IMG/VR virus record: IMGVR_UViG_3300027710_000009
Source of the DNA: a virus
Taxonomy: Duplodnaviria; Heunggongvirae; Uroviricota; Caudoviricetes
Strand: one strand, 5' to 3'
DNA length: 64,000 nucleotides
Part shown: one piece after another, positions 25,292-35,205 of the stretch
Position numbering within the stretch: position 1 is the stretch's first letter
Layout of the letters: the number at the start of each line of letters is the position of its first letter
The notes under the pieces: model-generated
Database searches by the model: none
What the model was told of the DNA's origin: nothing
The model's input: only the letters and a program-made list of their open reading frames with translations
Position numbers and translations under genes: made by a program

Positions 25292-25645
25292 ATGACAACA
25301 CGTAAATTGTGCCCAAAATGCAATCAACATCCGGTTGCAATCAACTACATACGCAACGAAAAAACCTATTATCGAGGTTTATGTGGGTATTGTAGTAAAA
25401 AGGGCAAGAAAGTCAAACACCAACCACCGCAATGGTATCGGTCTGGATATAGAAAAAAACCACAGTGCGAACGCTGTAGCTTCAAGGCTGAAATGCCCGG
25501 TGACCAGTTGTTAGTATATCACGTTGACGGTAACCTGCACAACAACGACCGTAGTAATCTAAAAACTATCTGCTTAAACTGTCGGCCAGCGGTTTATAAA
25601 TCGCGGCTTCCGTGGCGACCTGCTGAGGTTGTACAAGACTTCTAA
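25292..25645 (+). CDS. Zn-binding HNH-like protein
   Basis: Four CxxC pairs; YHVDGNLHNN...NLKTICLNC; TAAATA 4 nt upstream. Confidence 0.75.
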   Translation: MTTRKLCPKCNQHPVAINYIRNEKTYYRGLCGYCSKKGKKVKHQPPQWYRSGYRKKPQCERCSFKAEMPGDQLLVYHVDGNLHNNDRSNLKTICLNCRPAVYKSRLPWRPAEVVQDF

Positions 25646-26240
25646 TCTGAGTGTACAAGGATTCGATAGTGCCATTGTTATCAATTATGGCATCAAAGTC
25701 TGTGCCTACCCAGGCTGTTTCACTTGCATGGATAGCATTGTCAGTTAGCCACTGTTGTGCTTTTGTATCACCTCGATTGGCCATACAAGCAATGTCATGC
25801 CAATGCGGCATGACGCCACGTTGTACCCATACTATACGGCCACCTTGTTCTTTGATTGCTTTGATTTCATTAGGAAAACGCACATCACTAATAACTGTAT
25901 GATCACTGCGCCGGGCAAGTCTTGATTGCAGTGCGGCAATCCAGATATCATCGTGGAAGTGGTTACGGCATACCTCTGTACCCCACCACTGCAAAATCCA
26001 CCGTGGCGTCAAGAGTGGCATTTGCAATCTTTCTGCCCACCAGGTGTCCACTTGCTCGCGCCAGGCACGAGCTTCAGGAGTACGTCCTTCAATTAGTTCT
26101 CGATCCCAACCAAACACCGCGCTTACTGCATCCTTGAGTGTGCCAGCAAAGCTGTCGCGTCTGAAGCCATGAAAGCCCACAAGATAGTCTGCCGCTGTGT
26201 CTTTGCCACTACCAATGAAACCGCAAATTCCTATGATCAT
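25566..26240 (-). CDS. Deoxynucleoside monophosphate kinase (gp1-like)
   Basis: IIGICGFIGSGKDT; FAGTLKD; PRWILQWWGTE; SDVRFPNE; HASE. Confidence 0.93.
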   Translation of the reverse strand: MIIGICGFIGSGKDTAADYLVGFHGFRRDSFAGTLKDAVSAVFGWDRELIEGRTPEARAWREQVDTWWAERLQMPLLTPRWILQWWGTEVCRNHFHDDIWIAALQSRLARRSDHTVISDVRFPNEIKAIKEQGGRIVWVQRGVMPHWHDIACMANRGDTKAQQWLTDNAIHASETAWVGTDFDAIIDNNGTIESLYTQIRSLVQPQQVATEAAIYKPLADSLSR

Positions 26241-26266
26241 AAAAAAGCCCCTAGTATATAGAGGCT

Positions 26267-26295
26267 AGTTTACACAAATAAATGGCAAAAGTCAA
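26267..26295 (-). promoter_or_regulatory. sigma70-type promoter for the kinase
   Basis: TTGACT-17-TAAACT. Confidence 0.6.
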
Positions 26296-26672
26296 ACGCC
26301 GTATTTGTTCTTTTTCTTGGGTGCAACAGGACTTTGTTTATGAGTGTCTTGCATTTCTAAACTTTTCATGTTGCCTTTGTTCATGTCTTTGTAGTTGGCC
26401 CCTACCAGTTTGTAGCTTTGTTTCAGCATGTCTGCTTCTTCTTGTGTGTAAGGATGTGCTGTGTGTTTCTTGCCGTAGAAAGTTTTAGGATCCATGTCAG
26501 CAAGATTGCCTTTGCCATCTGCACAAGCCAAGGCCAATCCTAATCTAAAATGTGTGTAATCTGTGTTTGCTCGTTCTGCATCGCTAAAGGTATGCAGTCC
26601 CGGGTTCGACTCCTTGTAATTTTTAGGAATGTCTCCGGCTTTCACTTCCGTGATAATTTCATTAATTTTCAT
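26292..26672 (-). CDS. Hypothetical protein, possible internal head protein
   Basis: N-terminus MKINEIITE. Confidence 0.7.
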   Translation of the reverse strand: MKINEIITEVKAGDIPKNYKESNPGLHTFSDAERANTDYTHFRLGLALACADGKGNLADMDPKTFYGKKHTAHPYTQEEADMLKQSYKLVGANYKDMNKGNMKSLEMQDTHKQSPVAPKKKNKYGV

Positions 26673-27689
26673 TTAGCAATTCCATTTACGTAATGCCAAT
26701 GCTTTGCGAGTTGGCTTGCCATTGGGCTTTTTCATAGGCCCTTTGACTCCGCCCATTCTAGCACAAAATGATTTGCGGCGCTTGGCTGCTTTAGAGCCTG
26801 GCTTCAACTTGCTGGGTTTAGTAGTCACTGCCATTTGTAGTTTGCTACCTGGATTTTCTCTACGATAGCTAGCAACACCTTTTGCGTTGAGTCCACCTTT
26901 TTTGCTTTTGCCAGCACTGCGTCTCCAGGCTGCTGTTTCAAACAAAGCACGATCGTCCATGGCTTCAAATGTTTCCCATACTGCATCAGCACTGGTCTGT
27001 GTGTTGGTTGCAATTTCTTCAGCAAACAATTCCATTGCTTCGTACATTTCTGCAATCTCTGGATCTTCATTACCTTCTTCAGACTTCATGTAGTCCCATA
27101 CTGTAACCAGCATTGACTTTGCCACAGCAATCTTTTCTTGACACCATTCAGGCAAGTTATCGCCAGCTTGAATTAAATCATCAATGCCGTCGACTGCACG
27201 TTCTAGTGTTTCAAGGTTATTGTCTGCCATGCCTGCTTCGTCGTCATACTCAGGATTGAACTGATCGTGTTCACCTAAGGCTCCTTTAATGTTACCCTTG
27301 GCTAGTTTGGCAATAGGACCACCGATGTCTTTTTTGATTTTTTGAACTATGTTTGTTGGTTGGCCAGCACGTGCGGCCAAACGCTGTTCAGCATCATCAG
27401 CACGATTTTGTATTTGCATTGATCGAACTTTGGCATCCATTTCTAGTTCTTGTGGGTGCGGAGCGGCCTCGTCAACGTTCTTTGGCTTCTTGCCTGCCTT
27501 CTTCATGCTGATAGCAATAGCCGCTTGCTGTGCAGGGTTGGCAGCTTCTTCCACTGACTCAGCAGGTACGCAGTTGTTTACACGTACTCCACCCTTCATT
27601 TTGGTTTTAGGGTTGCCAATTTTTTTACCTGTCCAACACTTGGGATCCAAACGGACTTTTTCTTCTACAACAATTTCAGTTACTTTCAT
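26673..27689 (-). CDS. Modular hypothetical protein with a basic C-terminal domain (DUF6321-like, recall)
   Basis: MKVTEIVVE; CWTG...NNCVP module; GGLNAKG...RRKSFCARM...ALRKWNC. Confidence 0.65.
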   Translation of the reverse strand: MKVTEIVVEEKVRLDPKCWTGKKIGNPKTKMKGGVRVNNCVPAESVEEAANPAQQAAIAISMKKAGKKPKNVDEAAPHPQELEMDAKVRSMQIQNRADDAEQRLAARAGQPTNIVQKIKKDIGGPIAKLAKGNIKGALGEHDQFNPEYDDEAGMADNNLETLERAVDGIDDLIQAGDNLPEWCQEKIAVAKSMLVTVWDYMKSEEGNEDPEIAEMYEAMELFAEEIATNTQTSADAVWETFEAMDDRALFETAAWRRSAGKSKKGGLNAKGVASYRRENPGSKLQMAVTTKPSKLKPGSKAAKRRKSFCARMGGVKGPMKKPNGKPTRKALALRKWNC

Positions 27690-27699
27690 TTTTGTTCCT

Positions 27700-28833
27700 T
27701 TATCCTGTTACCCAGGTATATGGTTCACTGCCGTCGATAAAACGCTTGAGCTCTTCTTCCAGCGCATCCATTTCGGCTTTGGCTTCTGATTTGAGTGCCG
27801 CACCATTCAATTGCGTTCCGCCCTGTGGACCAGCAATGGTAGCAAACTTTTCACGTGCTTGACCCAACATGTCTTTGGCCGCAGCCAAGGCATAGTCTTG
27901 TATCCAAGGCAACACTCGGTAGTCGTTGAATATCATGCTGTCAGGTTTTTTGTTATATATCCAAAGCAGTACTGTTTCTGATGGATCTTCATTGGCTGGT
28001 GCATAGATGTTGGTCACATTGAGATCAAATCCAGTCACTGCTGTAGTATTCAATATTTCTTTGCTTTCAACTGTGAACAAGGTATTGTTGTTGCTGGCTG
28101 TTAGTACTTCATAGGTATTGTTATAGCCGTTCTTGGGGCAATTGATAATGGCAATGGTACTGCCCACAGTTGCAATATCCCAAGGGTCGTACAGTTCAAA
28201 TGTGATAGTGCTACCAACTGCGGTGCCACTGGCGCTGAGTGTCTTCATGCGCTTGTAGGTATGACCAGTGTTTGGCATCTTGCGGACAATGGTCAGTTTT
28301 CTAGTGACTGGGTTGAATGTAAAATTCATATAGCCACCAAACATACGCATGGCCAGCTCTTGATACTGCGAGAACAATTCGTAGTTGACCAAGCCGCCCA
28401 CGCGACCTGCTACCAACATATAGGTATTTAGATAGCCTGATGCAAACGGTTCAAATTGACTGGCAGTTGTGCCAGTGACACTGCCAATGCCACGACGAAA
28501 CACTTGCCGTACCATTTGTATTTCTGCTGGCAGTATGTATTCTTGTGTTTCTGGCAGTAGCTCAAGAAACGCATAGCTTTCTTCTTGGCTGTTTTGTGCT
28601 CGTTGACGATACCGGCTTAGTGCCTTGTCAATGGCCACTTTGTAGTGTGCAGGATCTAGTTCAACATCAACCATGCCGTCACCCAGACGGAAACGGATAT
28701 AGTCTTCAATTTCTTTGCGCTTTAGCGCATTTGAATCAACGGTGGTTTCATCGTAGGCAATTGGACCCGGCCCGCCTAGGCTGTCCGTTAATAGTGCTTG
28801 TCTACCATTTAACCCTGTTTTGAGTGTGGCCAT
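27700..28833 (-). CDS. Neck protein (gp13-like)
   Basis: RLGDGMVDVEL; WIQDYALAAAK.MLGQAREKF...PQGGTQLNG. Confidence 0.85.
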   Translation of the reverse strand: MATLKTGLNGRQALLTDSLGGPGPIAYDETTVDSNALKRKEIEDYIRFRLGDGMVDVELDPAHYKVAIDKALSRYRQRAQNSQEESYAFLELLPETQEYILPAEIQMVRQVFRRGIGSVTGTTASQFEPFASGYLNTYMLVAGRVGGLVNYELFSQYQELAMRMFGGYMNFTFNPVTRKLTIVRKMPNTGHTYKRMKTLSASGTAVGSTITFELYDPWDIATVGSTIAIINCPKNGYNNTYEVLTASNNNTLFTVESKEILNTTAVTGFDLNVTNIYAPANEDPSETVLLWIYNKKPDSMIFNDYRVLPWIQDYALAAAKDMLGQAREKFATIAGPQGGTQLNGAALKSEAKAEMDALEEELKRFIDGSEPYTWVTG

Positions 28834-28872
28834 AAAAAATCCCTGTATGCTGTATTTAGCACACAGGGATTT
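28834..28872 (-). terminator. Terminator hairpin containing the late promoter box of the neck gene
   Basis: AAATCCCTGTGTGC-TAAATACA-GCATACAGGGATTTTTT, immediately followed by ATG. Confidence 0.65.
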
Positions 28873-28885
28873 GGAACAGTCCTTG

Positions 28886-30109
28886 TTACTGTACTCGAAG
28901 CAACATCACGTCTGCATTTATGCGTCCGTTTAGTTTGGTTTCTGTGGCTTTGATACTGTTAAGGAAAGTGCGCAATGCCACTTTGCCGGCTTTCATAAAA
29001 TCAGCCAATTGCTGATCTGGTTTGCGCAGGGTCTTGCTTGCGCTTTTGGCAGTGTAGTTGTCAATACTGGTACCTTTGATAGCCAGCCCAGAACTTGACA
29101 TTGCCATGTACTGTCCTAGCTTGCGAGTTTTTGTATTGTAAACCCACAGCTCTTGAGCACCAATGATATCCACAGGATTAACACTGACCAATTTCAATGT
29201 GTTATCTTGCTTGAGATACTTGAGCTTGGCCACCAGTTTTTCTTTGCTAGGGCTCTTTTTAACTCTAGCTTTCTTTGTGGCTTTTTTCACACCACGATAC
29301 TGCTCAACTGCTTTTTGCAGTTCATCCAACCAGGCGTAGATACGCTTGTAGTCAGCGGCTTTGAAATGTTTGTAACCTTCAACCAATTGCTCATCTTCTC
29401 GGGCCTGTGCGGCTTCTAACTCTGCACGGGTAGAGTCAAACGCTGATTCAAGTTTGCCCAACTGGGCTTGCGCAACATTTTGTGCAACAAGGAAGTCATA
29501 GGGCTTGAACGTGCTCTTGGTGTTGGTCACAACATCATCAAAGTGACCTTCAAGTTCACCAATGGTAGCGGACAACTTTTCATTCAAACGGTCTTGAATG
29601 GTTGGTACGTATACTTTGGGCGTGTCTTCTTTTACTGCCAGGTCATCTTCTTCTTCGTTGTATTCGGTGTATTTTTCAACGACGTCACGAACTGCTGTTT
29701 CAAGATATTGCAATGCACGAGGCTTGAGTGGCATGCCTTTGCCATGTGCGGCAATGATACTACATGCAGTGATTGGTACCCAACGGCTTTTGATCACCTT
29801 GCTGAGATCAGATTTAGTGACCACAAAGTGTTTTTGCTCTTGGAGCCATGTGATAAAATCAGGCTTCAAGTCTTTAACACTGAAGTGATAATTGTAGTAG
29901 TAAAAACTACGGCGCAGGTGGTGATCAAAATCTGCATCACTCATTGCAAGTGCTCGTTCAGTGTCCCACTGAGGTTCACCACCTGTGTACTTTTCGTCTG
30001 CTAAGTGAGCTCTGCGTACACTTACTTTTTTCTTTGCAATTTTAACGCCCGCCACTGTTTTGCCAGTGTTGGCTTTTTTAACGGGTGCTTTTTTAGTGGC
30101 CGTTGCCAT
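28886..30109 (-). CDS. Hypothetical protein (early/middle)
   Basis: 407 aa; AAGGAG SD; own sigma70 promoter. Confidence 0.8.
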   Translation of the reverse strand: MATATKKAPVKKANTGKTVAGVKIAKKKVSVRRAHLADEKYTGGEPQWDTERALAMSDADFDHHLRRSFYYYNYHFSVKDLKPDFITWLQEQKHFVVTKSDLSKVIKSRWVPITACSIIAAHGKGMPLKPRALQYLETAVRDVVEKYTEYNEEEDDLAVKEDTPKVYVPTIQDRLNEKLSATIGELEGHFDDVVTNTKSTFKPYDFLVAQNVAQAQLGKLESAFDSTRAELEAAQAREDEQLVEGYKHFKAADYKRIYAWLDELQKAVEQYRGVKKATKKARVKKSPSKEKLVAKLKYLKQDNTLKLVSVNPVDIIGAQELWVYNTKTRKLGQYMAMSSSGLAIKGTSIDNYTAKSASKTLRKPDQQLADFMKAGKVALRTFLNSIKATETKLNGRINADVMLLRVQ

Positions 30110-30140
30110 TTTTGCTCCTTGGAAAATTGATTACCTAGTA

Positions 30141-30169
30141 ATTATACAATAAAACGGAAAAAAGGTCAA
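30141..30169 (-). promoter_or_regulatory. sigma70-type promoter
   Basis: TTGACC-17-TATAAT. Confidence 0.75.
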
Positions 30170-30435
30170 CCATGTTGCAAATGAGCTAACATTAGCCATT
30201 TTTCGTACTCTATAATACTTTCGTTTATACGGGCCAGCAACTCTTGTTGTCGTGGACTTGATTCTTTTCGGTTGCGCCGGAGCTCAACTTCTTCACTGCC
30301 CAATTTGTGTACCAGGCTTTCAATGCCACCTATCATACGGGCTAGATCTTTGCGGCAATTGGTTGGTGCGGAGTGCATCTGGGCACGAAGTTCCGTACTA
30401 ATTGGGTTCCAATCCAGGGCTGTTTTTACACGCAT
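30166..30435 (-). CDS. Hypothetical protein (89 aa; start moved to MRVKTALD, probably leaderless)
   Basis: ATG lies 6 nt after the -10 box of TTGACA-17-TACAAT (30470-30442). Confidence 0.7.
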   Translation of the reverse strand: MRVKTALDWNPISTELRAQMHSAPTNCRKDLARMIGGIESLVHKLGSEEVELRRNRKESSPRQQELLARINESIIEYEKWLMLAHLQHG

Positions 30436-30500
30436 AGCAGTATTGTAGCACCGTTTGGACATAGTGTCAATCCTGATAAATATCACAATAAGGATCCAAA

Positions 30501-31697
30501 ATGCCTCGTTTGAGCTTATGGCGTGAAAATCACGGCGCCGATTACAAGTTTATAGATCGCCGCATAAGCGAAATGTTTACCATTGGCGGAACTGGTGTGT
30601 TGATCCACAAATATCTGGGCACCACAAACGACAGCACCGAAGCAGATGCAACTCGTCCTGCCTATGCCAATCAAAGCGAACTAAACATTCAAGATTTATT
30701 GTTTTTGGAAAACCGCGATAGAAAGTACGAACCAGATGTGTACAGCATGCGCGGTATATATCAATTGACTGACAGCGATTTTGATCTAAAACAATTTGGT
30801 ATTTTTCTTGCTACTGGCACAACTTTCATGACGTTTCACATCAACGACATGATACAACTGCTAGGTCGTAGACTCATGGCAGGTGATGTACTTGAACTCA
30901 TGCACCTCAAAGACTATGATAGTCTGGACACGTCAGTTCCTTACGCACTCAAAAGATTCTACGTTATTGCTGAAGCCACTAGAGCCGCAGAAGGATTCTC
31001 ACCAACTTGGTGGCCGCACCTGTGGCGTTGCAAACTACAACCGCTAGTGGACTCGCAAGAATACAAAGACATCTTGGACAAACTTTCTGCCAGCTCTGAT
31101 CCATTTGCTGGTAACATAAATGCAAACACCAATCCAAGCATTGGTTCAGTACTCAGTACCTACAGCAAGTACATGAGCATCAATGAAGCTATCATTGAAC
31201 AAGCTGAAATAGAATTACCCAAGAGTGGATACGATACCAGCAAATATTACACAGTTCCAGCCGAAGGCAAAGAGCTTGGAGACCCCGATGGTGTTAATGT
31301 TGCTGATCCAAATGTAAATGTTGCTACAGATTCGTTGACCGCAGACAGTGGAATAACATCACCGGCTGGCAAGATCCAAGGCTATTTGGCCGGAGATGGT
31401 TTGGCACCAAATGGACTGGATGTAAGCATGGGTGTGGCATTTCCTAGCTCATCACTCAAAGGCGATTATTTCTTGCGTTTGGATTTTGTGCCCAATAGGC
31501 TGTTCCGATATGATGGCAAACGCTGGGTCAAGATTGAAGATGCAGTTCGCACCAATCTTACCCCTGGCGCAGTAGACAACAAAACGGCACGAAATCTTTA
31601 TGTTAATAACACCAACACCTACACTGATTTGCAAGGCAACGTGCATCCACAAAGACAAAGCCTTAGCAAGGCACTTACCCCTGAGGCAGATAATTAA
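30501..31697 (+). CDS. Neck / head-closure protein (gp14-like)
   Basis: MPRLSLW; IQDLLFLENRDRKY; DLKQFG; GDVLEL; next to gp15-like gene. Confidence 0.7.
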   Translation: MPRLSLWRENHGADYKFIDRRISEMFTIGGTGVLIHKYLGTTNDSTEADATRPAYANQSELNIQDLLFLENRDRKYEPDVYSMRGIYQLTDSDFDLKQFGIFLATGTTFMTFHINDMIQLLGRRLMAGDVLELMHLKDYDSLDTSVPYALKRFYVIAEATRAAEGFSPTWWPHLWRCKLQPLVDSQEYKDILDKLSASSDPFAGNINANTNPSIGSVLSTYSKYMSINEAIIEQAEIELPKSGYDTSKYYTVPAEGKELGDPDGVNVADPNVNVATDSLTADSGITSPAGKIQGYLAGDGLAPNGLDVSMGVAFPSSSLKGDYFLRLDFVPNRLFRYDGKRWVKIEDAVRTNLTPGAVDNKTARNLYVNNTNTYTDLQGNVHPQRQSLSKALTPEADN

Positions 31698-33106
31698 TGG
31701 CTGTGCAATTTTTCTACGATAATCAAATCAGACGTTTTCTACTACAGTTCACACGTTTGGTCAGTAACTTCCAGGTGCAGTTTTCAACCACTGATGCCGC
31801 TACAGGCAAACTGGCGTTACAAACTGTACCAGTGTTCTATGGTGACGGTAGTCGTCAAGCATCTGCAATACTTCGCAACAACAGTGAGAATGCACTCAGC
31901 GCAGTTCCTGCCATGGCATTTTATATTGCCAATCTACAGTATGATCGTCAACGCATACAGGATCCAAGTTTTATTGGAACAATGAACATACGAGAAAGAC
32001 GCTACGATCCCAATACTGGCATGCAAACACACGAGCAAGGCGATACCTATACTGTTGAGCGTCCAATGCCAGTGCCGTATCTGATGACCTTGAAGTTGGA
32101 TATCTGGACCAGCAACACTGATCAAAAACTGCAACTTATTGAACAAATTGCCACACTGTTTAATCCCAGCTTGGAAATACAAAGCACTGACAACTACATT
32201 GACTGGACCAGTTTGAGCTATGTTATGTTAAGCGACATGACTTGGAGTAGCCGTAGTGTTCCAGTGGGCACCGATGATCCAATTGACATTGCCACAATGA
32301 CTTTTGAGATGCCAATTTGGATTGCACCTCCTGCCAAAGTTACACACATGAATGTTATACAACGTATTATTGCCAGTGTGTACGACAATGCAGGCAATTT
32401 GGACAAAGATATATTTGATCCAGATAAAATTTTAATTCGTCGTGTTATGACTTTGCTTGGTTACGGTGTGGTGTTGGTTGGTAACAAACTCAAACTAGTA
32501 AAACAACAACAGGGCCTATCATCTGAAGAATTTGATATTACCACAGAAGTCTACGGCACTGACAAAGTTGTATGGCGCAATGTTCTAAACCAATACGGCA
32601 CTATCACCAATGGTGTTAGTCAGATTCGATTAGAAACAGAAACTGGTGCAGAAGTAATTGGCACAGTGGCATTTGATCCAACTGATGAAGCACAGCTATT
32701 GTTTAATGTAATCAGCGACACTGTTCCTACCAATACCTTGAATTCAATCAATGCAATTATTGACCCATTCAAAAGCAACATTATCGAACTGCTGTTCAAC
32801 AACGATGGTACATATAAAGTAACTGCTGGAACCAGGTTCTTGATACTGAATGATATAGGATCAGAGTCTAGTACAGAATTTGCAAAAGCATGGGCACCGA
32901 ACAATATTCCGGTTGTGGCACATGCCAATGATATTGTACAATATGATGGTTCGCGTTGGTCAGTGTCTTTCAACAGCAGAGATGCAACCACAGCGCACTA
33001 TGTAACTAACACCACTACCAATGTGCAGTATCGTTGGGATGGGGAAAATTGGGTAAAAAGCTATGAAGGCCTGTACAGAGAATCATCATGGAGACTAGTG
33101 TTGTAG
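31697..33106 (+). CDS. Tail sheath stabiliser / tail terminator (gp15-like) with C-terminal extension
   Basis: FFYDNQIRRFLLQF; VPVFYG; PVPY; QLIEQIATLFNP. Confidence 0.85.
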   Translation: MAVQFFYDNQIRRFLLQFTRLVSNFQVQFSTTDAATGKLALQTVPVFYGDGSRQASAILRNNSENALSAVPAMAFYIANLQYDRQRIQDPSFIGTMNIRERRYDPNTGMQTHEQGDTYTVERPMPVPYLMTLKLDIWTSNTDQKLQLIEQIATLFNPSLEIQSTDNYIDWTSLSYVMLSDMTWSSRSVPVGTDDPIDIATMTFEMPIWIAPPAKVTHMNVIQRIIASVYDNAGNLDKDIFDPDKILIRRVMTLLGYGVVLVGNKLKLVKQQQGLSSEEFDITTEVYGTDKVVWRNVLNQYGTITNGVSQIRLETETGAEVIGTVAFDPTDEAQLLFNVISDTVPTNTLNSINAIIDPFKSNIIELLFNNDGTYKVTAGTRFLILNDIGSESSTEFAKAWAPNNIPVVAHANDIVQYDGSRWSVSFNSRDATTAHYVTNTTTNVQYRWDGENWVKSYEGLYRESSWRLVL

Positions 33107-33519
33107 AAAGCTCCGGAGCATTGATCTATGCCAAGAACACGCATAGGTACTTGTTCCTGCTGAGAACCAGCAGTAAGTATCGAAACAGTTGGGGACTTGT
33201 GGGCGGCAAAATTGAAGCAGGAGAAACCATAGTACAAGGCCTGCGACGAGAAATACTTGAAGAACTTGGCGGTGAAATCAAAGATGCAAAAATTCGCCCA
33301 ATTGAAAAATTCACCAGCGACAACAACCAATTTTGTTATCACACTTTTTTAATTGTAGTTGATGAGGAATTTATTCCCCAACTCAACAACGAGCACGACG
33401 GCTATTGTTGGGTTCCGTTAGAAAAATATCCAAAGCCATTACACCCAGGAGTTTGGCGTACATTCAAATTTGATGTAATCATCAATAAAATAAAAACAAT
33501 TGAAAAAATTGTCAAGTGA
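33088..33519 (+). CDS. Nudix hydrolase
   Basis: Nudix box GGKIEAGETIVQGLRREILEELG. Confidence 0.92.
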   Translation: METSVVESSGALIYAKNTHRYLFLLRTSSKYRNSWGLVGGKIEAGETIVQGLRREILEELGGEIKDAKIRPIEKFTSDNNQFCYHTFLIVVDEEFIPQLNNEHDGYCWVPLEKYPKPLHPGVWRTFKFDVIINKIKTIEKIVK

Positions 33520-34258
33520 CGCCAAGGTCGGCTTCAATGATATATTGGTTAAAACTAATCTGTCTAAAATTAGATAACTTGCGCCACGCTGGCGGGCATA
33601 CATAATTTGGTGTGCTGGTGACTCTAACAAATTCTACTTCGTTATAAACTGACATCACATGCTCCATGGACAGTATCCAGTAGTCGTCACTGTAGTTGTG
33701 TGATGGATCTGCATAGCCTGGAGTGCCAGCATAGACATTGTTGTTGTAGTTGGCGCCAGCTGAATTGTCAAAACCCAGTAGATATATTTTTTCATGTCCA
33801 TCAAAGCAAGCCAAGTACACAGCAACCGTACCTGCATTGCTCACGTAGTCTTGCGGAACTAGATAAAATTTATTTGGATATTTAAGAATTTTGTCGCTGT
33901 TGGCATACACAATGTTTCTGTCACAGTAGCCATTGTCTGCAATTTCATCGCATATGTCGTTGCCAACTGCAACTAAGAATGTTGGGTTGATATCTCTATA
34001 TGCGGCATTACATGCATAGGTCTGCATGCTCTTAGCACCTAGCCTTCCGGCTAAGTGCGTCATGAGTAACTTGGTAGGGAATGTTTTTCTAGAACTACCA
34101 TTGCCAATGATTGTGGCAATTTTGGAGAGTTGGTTGTTGGCTACTGCTGTAGGAACCCACTCGGTTTTGTAAAGCCATTCAGATCCTCGAAACGCGGCCT
34201 CGGTGGTAATACGCTCACCACCGTAATTGGCCCTATAGATCTTGTTTAGCTTTTGCAA
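33512..34258 (-). CDS. DUF115/sialyltransferase-like fold protein (TTG start)
   Basis: IIGNGSSR; YACNAAYRD; GTVAVYLA...IYLLGFD pattern. Confidence 0.55.
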   Translation of the reverse strand: MQKLNKIYRANYGGERITTEAAFRGSEWLYKTEWVPTAVANNQLSKIATIIGNGSSRKTFPTKLLMTHLAGRLGAKSMQTYACNAAYRDINPTFLVAVGNDICDEIADNGYCDRNIVYANSDKILKYPNKFYLVPQDYVSNAGTVAVYLACFDGHEKIYLLGFDNSAGANYNNNVYAGTPGYADPSHNYSDDYWILSMEHVMSVYNEVEFVRVTSTPNYVCPPAWRKLSNFRQISFNQYIIEADLGVT

Positions 34259-34260
34259 CT

Positions 34261-34599
34261 TTAGACACCGAAGATAATCCCAACGGAGTCAACGTAGCTC
34301 TTTGGAACAATGCTGTTTGCTGTGAACGCACTAGTTGGTGCGGATGCGTAACTCAATGTACCACTAACTGTAAAGTTCTGTACAGTCATGTTGCCAGTAA
34401 AAGTAGGACTAGTCAATGTTTTATTGGCCAGTGTCTGTGTGGCTGTTAGGCTAACCAACTCAGAGATACCACCAGCGGTTGAACCGTCGTGAACAATCAG
34501 AGTTTGTTTATTTGTATCGAGAGTAACTTCACCAACCGCACCAGTGAATGTGCTGTGTTGTACTGATGTACCTCTGCGAAATTGTACTTGTGCAGTCAT
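34261..34599 (-). CDS. Small fibre-associated protein with Mtd_N/HylP-like N-terminal domain
   Basis: VQFRRGT...FTGAVGEVTLDT...VHDG.TAGG. Confidence 0.75.
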   Translation of the reverse strand: MTAQVQFRRGTSVQHSTFTGAVGEVTLDTNKQTLIVHDGSTAGGISELVSLTATQTLANKTLTSPTFTGNMTVQNFTVSGTLSYASAPTSAFTANSIVPKSYVDSVGIIFGV

Positions 34600-34600
34600 T

Positions 34601-35158
34601 TTATGCTATACTCCCGTAATCTTGTTGGAAATTTGGTGCGTTGGTAATTAAGCCGTAATCAGCTGTGAAATTGTTTGTGGTAACTGGCGCACCGTTAATT
34701 GTAACGATACCTTTGAAATCCCAATTTTCTGGACTTACCCATTGTCCATCATAAACGCTGATGTTACCGTATATGCCGCCTGGACCAATGCTGATTCCGC
34801 CGCCTCGTGCTTGTGTTGCACTGGCTGCGTTATTTGCCAGGGTAATATTCTTGTCATTGGTTGTGATTTCTGTGGTACCTACAGTAGTAGTGTTACCTGC
34901 AATAAACAAGTTACCAATAACATAAACATCGCTTAACGCACTTACTAATCCGCCCACGTTTAGTCGTCCAACAACACCAGCGCCGCCTGTAACTACTAAA
35001 GCACCTGTTGTTGGGCTTAGGCTGGTTGCACCAGCAATAGTTACGTTGGAAATCTGGGTAGCTTGACGTGTCCACGTACCGTAGGTGGAGTTATAGGTAT
35101 ACAGAATGTTATTAACTGTAGCCTGTTGTCCATTAACTGGTGATGATGGAAATGCCAT
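34601..35158 (-). CDS. Fibre-associated structural protein
   Basis: MAFPSSPVNGQ...YTYN...W; TTGALVVTGGAG repeat shared with the giant fibre. Confidence 0.7.
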   Translation of the reverse strand: MAFPSSPVNGQQATVNNILYTYNSTYGTWTRQATQISNVTIAGATSLSPTTGALVVTGGAGVVGRLNVGGLVSALSDVYVIGNLFIAGNTTTVGTTEITTNDKNITLANNAASATQARGGGISIGPGGIYGNISVYDGQWVSPENWDFKGIVTINGAPVTTNNFTADYGLITNAPNFQQDYGSIA

Positions 35159-35205
35159 TTTTACCGTACCTTTTTCTTGTCAAAGTATTTATGCCGAACT
35201 CAAAA

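Noticed and set aside
25566-25645. 80-bp convergent overlap of the kinase and HNH-like genes as a regulatory system
   Set aside because: Involves only the unconserved-looking C-terminal tails; common in compact phage genomes.
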